This document shows positions 61,399-64,000 of a stretch of DNA of 64,000 nt, in pieces (within the stretch, counting starts at the first letter, position 1; every line of letters begins with the position of its first letter). The notes beneath the pieces are model-generated. The model worked only from the letters and a program-made list of their open reading frames with translations. It had not been told where the DNA came from and did no database searches. The stretch is from contig CAVYSY010000028.1 of the NCBI GenBank assembly GCA_963771175.1, positions 64,001 to 128,000 of the forward strand, in the 5' to 3' direction. The stretch is from an uncultured delta proteobacterium. Lineage in GTDB: Bacteria > Myxococcota > Myxococcia > Myxococcales > Myxococcaceae. Position numbers and translations under genes: made by a program.

Positions 61399-61812
61399 CT
61401 AGTTGTTGTTGGGGAGCGTGAGCTGCACGTACTCGGTGATGACGTGGCACTTGTCCGGCGTCTCGGTCACGGTGACCTGCTGCTGCACGGTGCGCTGACC
61501 ATCGGCGCTCGTGGCCGTGATGACGAACATGCCTGGTTGCTCGCGCCCCATGAACCACCGCTCGCAGCCTTCGGCTCCATTCGAGGGGCTGAAGCACTCG
61601 GCCTGCTGCACGGGGCCTCCGTCCCGGGTGTAGGTGACGCGGGAGTCCCGCAGCAGGTTGCCCTGCGTATCCACCACCGTTACCCCCACCGAGGCGCGCA
61701 GCTCCAGGGTGCAGTAGGAGCCGATCTCTACTCTCTCTTCGCTCTCAGGCTGACCACAGGCGGGGAGCACGACGGAGACGGCGAGCAGCAGGGCGGCACG
61801 GCGGAAGCGCAT
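61399..61812 (-). CDS. Small lipoprotein (beta-sandwich, carboxypeptidase-regulatory-like)
   Basis: Lipobox LPAC; V.VVD..G, EQPG. Confidence 0.65.
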   Translation of the reverse strand: MRFRRAALLLAVSVVLPACGQPESEERVEIGSYCTLELRASVGVTVVDTQGNLLRDSRVTYTRDGGPVQQAECFSPSNGAEGCERWFMGREQPGMFVITATSADGQRTVQQQVTVTETPDKCHVITEYVQLTLPNNN

Positions 61813-62026
61813 GGGCAGTCCTCGGGTGGTGCGGGAGCGCCCCTGTATCTTATGAGATGCCACGCCCTCCGCGCGCCGCCTCGCTCTCCTGGAGCGCTGA
61901 TGCGGGGGACGCCTCGTCTGATGGCTGACGCTTGCCGGCTCGCCCGGGAGCCCGCCCGGATGCTCCTCCGTCGAGCGCTGGACGCGGGCGCACGTTTCCT
62001 CTGGCTGGGGCCTCTTCGCCCTTAAG

Positions 62027-63631
62027 ATGCGCGCCCTCATGCGCTCCCGCTCCCTTTTGCTCTCCGTGCTCGCGCTCTCCGCCCTCGGTGGTTGCGCGAC
62101 CGCTCGCGGCCCCGTCATGGCCGAGTCCGAGTCCGCCTCCCGCCCCCAGCCCTCCTCGGAGGGCTCCGTCAGCAGCGCGGCTTCCACTCCCGCCGCCCCC
62201 GTGGCTCCTGCCGAGCCCGTCGCTCCCGTCGCTCCCGTTGCTCCGGCTGCCGCTGCCGCTGCCGCACCGGCCGAGCCCGCGGCTCCGGCCGAGCCCGCCG
62301 CTCCCGCCGCGAAGGCCGAGGACCCTCAGGCGGCGGATGCGCTCTACGCCCGGGGCGTCGAGGCCCTCAAGGTGAAGGACGCCAACGCCGCCATCGCCTC
62401 CTTCTCCGAGTGCACCCGCGCCGCTCCCTCCCGCATCGACTGCCACTGGGAGCTCGGCTGGGCGTACTCGCTCGTCAACCGCTGGTCCGATGCCCTCACC
62501 GAGTGGTCCACGGTGCAGACGCTCGATCCCAACCACCCGGACCTCGAGGACGCCCTCACCCAGGCCCGCGGTCAGTCCGCCCTCCAGCGGAAGCTCGCCA
62601 CCGCCGACTCGAAGCCCACTCCCCGCTCCGCTCCTCCCAAGAGCGCCCGCGTGCGCATCCGCGCCGTGGGTGACGTGATGCTCGGCTCCTCCTTCCCCGA
62701 GGGCCTCCTTCCCCCGGATGATGGGGTCTCCAGCCTCGCTACCGTCGCCCCCCTGCTGCGCGACGCGGACCTCACCTTCGTCAACCTCGAGGGCCCCCTC
62801 TGCGACAACGGCGAGACCAAGAAGTGCCGCAAGGGTGGCAACTGCTACGCCTTCCGCTCGCCCACCCATTACGGCAACTACCTGAAGGACGCCGGCGTGG
62901 ACCTCGCCTCCACCGCCAACAACCACTCCGGTGACTTCGGCGAGCTGTGCCGCCGCGAGACCGAGGCCACCCTCGACAAGCTCGGCATCGCCTGGAGCGG
63001 CCCTCCGGGCTCCGTCGCCACCGTCGAGCGCAATGGCCTGCGCATCGGCATGGTCGCCTTCCACACCTCGGCCGCCTGCAACTACCTCAACGACACCGCC
63101 AGCGCCGCCGCGCTCGTGCGCTCGGCGAAGCAGAACCACGACCTCGTCCTCGTCTCCTTCCACGGCGGCGCCGAGGGCTCCAAGGCCCTCAACATCCCCC
63201 AGGGCTCCGAGCTGTTCTTCGGCGAGAACCGCGGCAACCTGCGCGTCTTCACCCACGCCGTCATCGACGCGGGTGCCGACCTGGTGCTCGGCCACGGCCC
63301 CCACGTCGTGCGCGCCATGGAGTTCTACAAGGACCGCCTCATCGTCTACTCCATGGGCAACTTCGCCACCTACGGCACCTTCAACCTCAAGGGCCCGCAG
63401 GGGCTCGGTCTGGTGGTGGACGTGGAGCTCGACTCGCAGGGCCGCTTCCGCTCCGGCCGCATCCTCCCCACCCGCCAGGAGGGCCGTGGCATCCCCCAGC
63501 CGGACTCCTCCGGTGCGGTGATTCCGCTCGTGAGCCGCCTCACCAGCGAGGACTTCCCCGAGACGGGCGCGCAGATTGGCGCCGACGGCACCCTCTCGCC
63601 GCGCAAGCCCATCGCCACCGACGCCGAGTAG
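62027..63631 (+). CDS. CapA (PGA_cap) family metallophosphoesterase lipoprotein with TPR
   Basis: Lipobox LGGC; VGDVMLG, NLEG, ANNH..DFG, SFHGGAEG, GHGPHV, YSMGNF. Confidence 0.9.
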   Translation: MRALMRSRSLLLSVLALSALGGCATARGPVMAESESASRPQPSSEGSVSSAASTPAAPVAPAEPVAPVAPVAPAAAAAAAPAEPAAPAEPAAPAAKAEDPQAADALYARGVEALKVKDANAAIASFSECTRAAPSRIDCHWELGWAYSLVNRWSDALTEWSTVQTLDPNHPDLEDALTQARGQSALQRKLATADSKPTPRSAPPKSARVRIRAVGDVMLGSSFPEGLLPPDDGVSSLATVAPLLRDADLTFVNLEGPLCDNGETKKCRKGGNCYAFRSPTHYGNYLKDAGVDLASTANNHSGDFGELCRRETEATLDKLGIAWSGPPGSVATVERNGLRIGMVAFHTSAACNYLNDTASAAALVRSAKQNHDLVLVSFHGGAEGSKALNIPQGSELFFGENRGNLRVFTHAVIDAGADLVLGHGPHVVRAMEFYKDRLIVYSMGNFATYGTFNLKGPQGLGLVVDVELDSQGRFRSGRILPTRQEGRGIPQPDSSGAVIPLVSRLTSEDFPETGAQIGADGTLSPRKPIATDAE

Positions 63632-63868
63632 TCCTTCTCCCCTGCACGTCTGGCTCTCCCCGAGCGCCCGTGGGCCCATGCCCCGGGCGCTCGTCATTTT
63701 CCGGGAGATGTCAGGCGTCACGCTCGCGGGCCGTCTTCCTGAGACGCGCCGTGTGGGATTGGCTTGCTTTGCATGCAAAGGACTTCGTCGGCATTGAAGG
63801 CTTGCCGAGACGTGTGGGCAGGTGCCCACCGAGCGCGTGTCACCGGGCTGCGTTACAAGGGATGCGCC

Positions 63869-64000
63869 GTGCCTGCCCTTCGACTGACTCGCTTTTCCTC
63901 GCTCCGTGCTTTCGGGCATCGAGACTTCGTCCACGTCTGGTCTGGCGCCCTCGTCTCCAACATCGGCACCTGGATGGAGACGCTCGCCCTCGGCGTCTTC
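63869..64000 (+). CDS. MFS transporter, 5' partial
   Basis: LRAFGHRDF..VWSGALVSNIGTWME runs off the window end. Confidence 0.7.
   Translation, partial: MPALRLTRFSSLRAFGHRDFVHVWSGALVSNIGTWMETLALGVF

Noticed and set aside
62185..62315. Short GCTCCCGTC/GCCGAGCCC repeats
   Set aside because: They encode an ordinary Ala/Pro-rich linker in the CapA lipoprotein

Overview
GC-rich (~70%) chromosomal window from a myxobacterium, judged from family content: TIGR02266 PilZ, DUF2381 with a Ser/Thr kinase, Cys-rich repeat lipoproteins and SitA-like toxins, all Archangium/Cystobacter-like. Many genes are broken by single-base indels in dense patches that look like long-read consensus errors, so frames were rebuilt by eye. 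All family calls come from motif recognition, not database searches. Main content: (1) a near-identical tandem pair of orphan 189-aa genes whose C-terminal helix resembles T3SS needle/filament subunits, each with its own sigma28-like promoter and terminator; (2) rtcB plus a Fic gene; (3) a ~20 kb conflict region (16-36 kb) with four lipoprotein polymorphic toxin-immunity pairs, one bracketed by a ~97-bp direct repeat, a SauUSI-like PLD-helicase, a B3/DUF3883 nuclease and a DUF2381-kinase module; (4) an Ig-stalk c-type cytochrome lipoprotein, a Hod/AqdC-like quinolone dioxygenase homolog and an ATPase-TOPRIM pair; (5) an intact-looking IS630 sitting in a stop codon, REP-like palindromes and ordinary accessory genes. 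No rRNA, tRNA or CRISPR array was seen.
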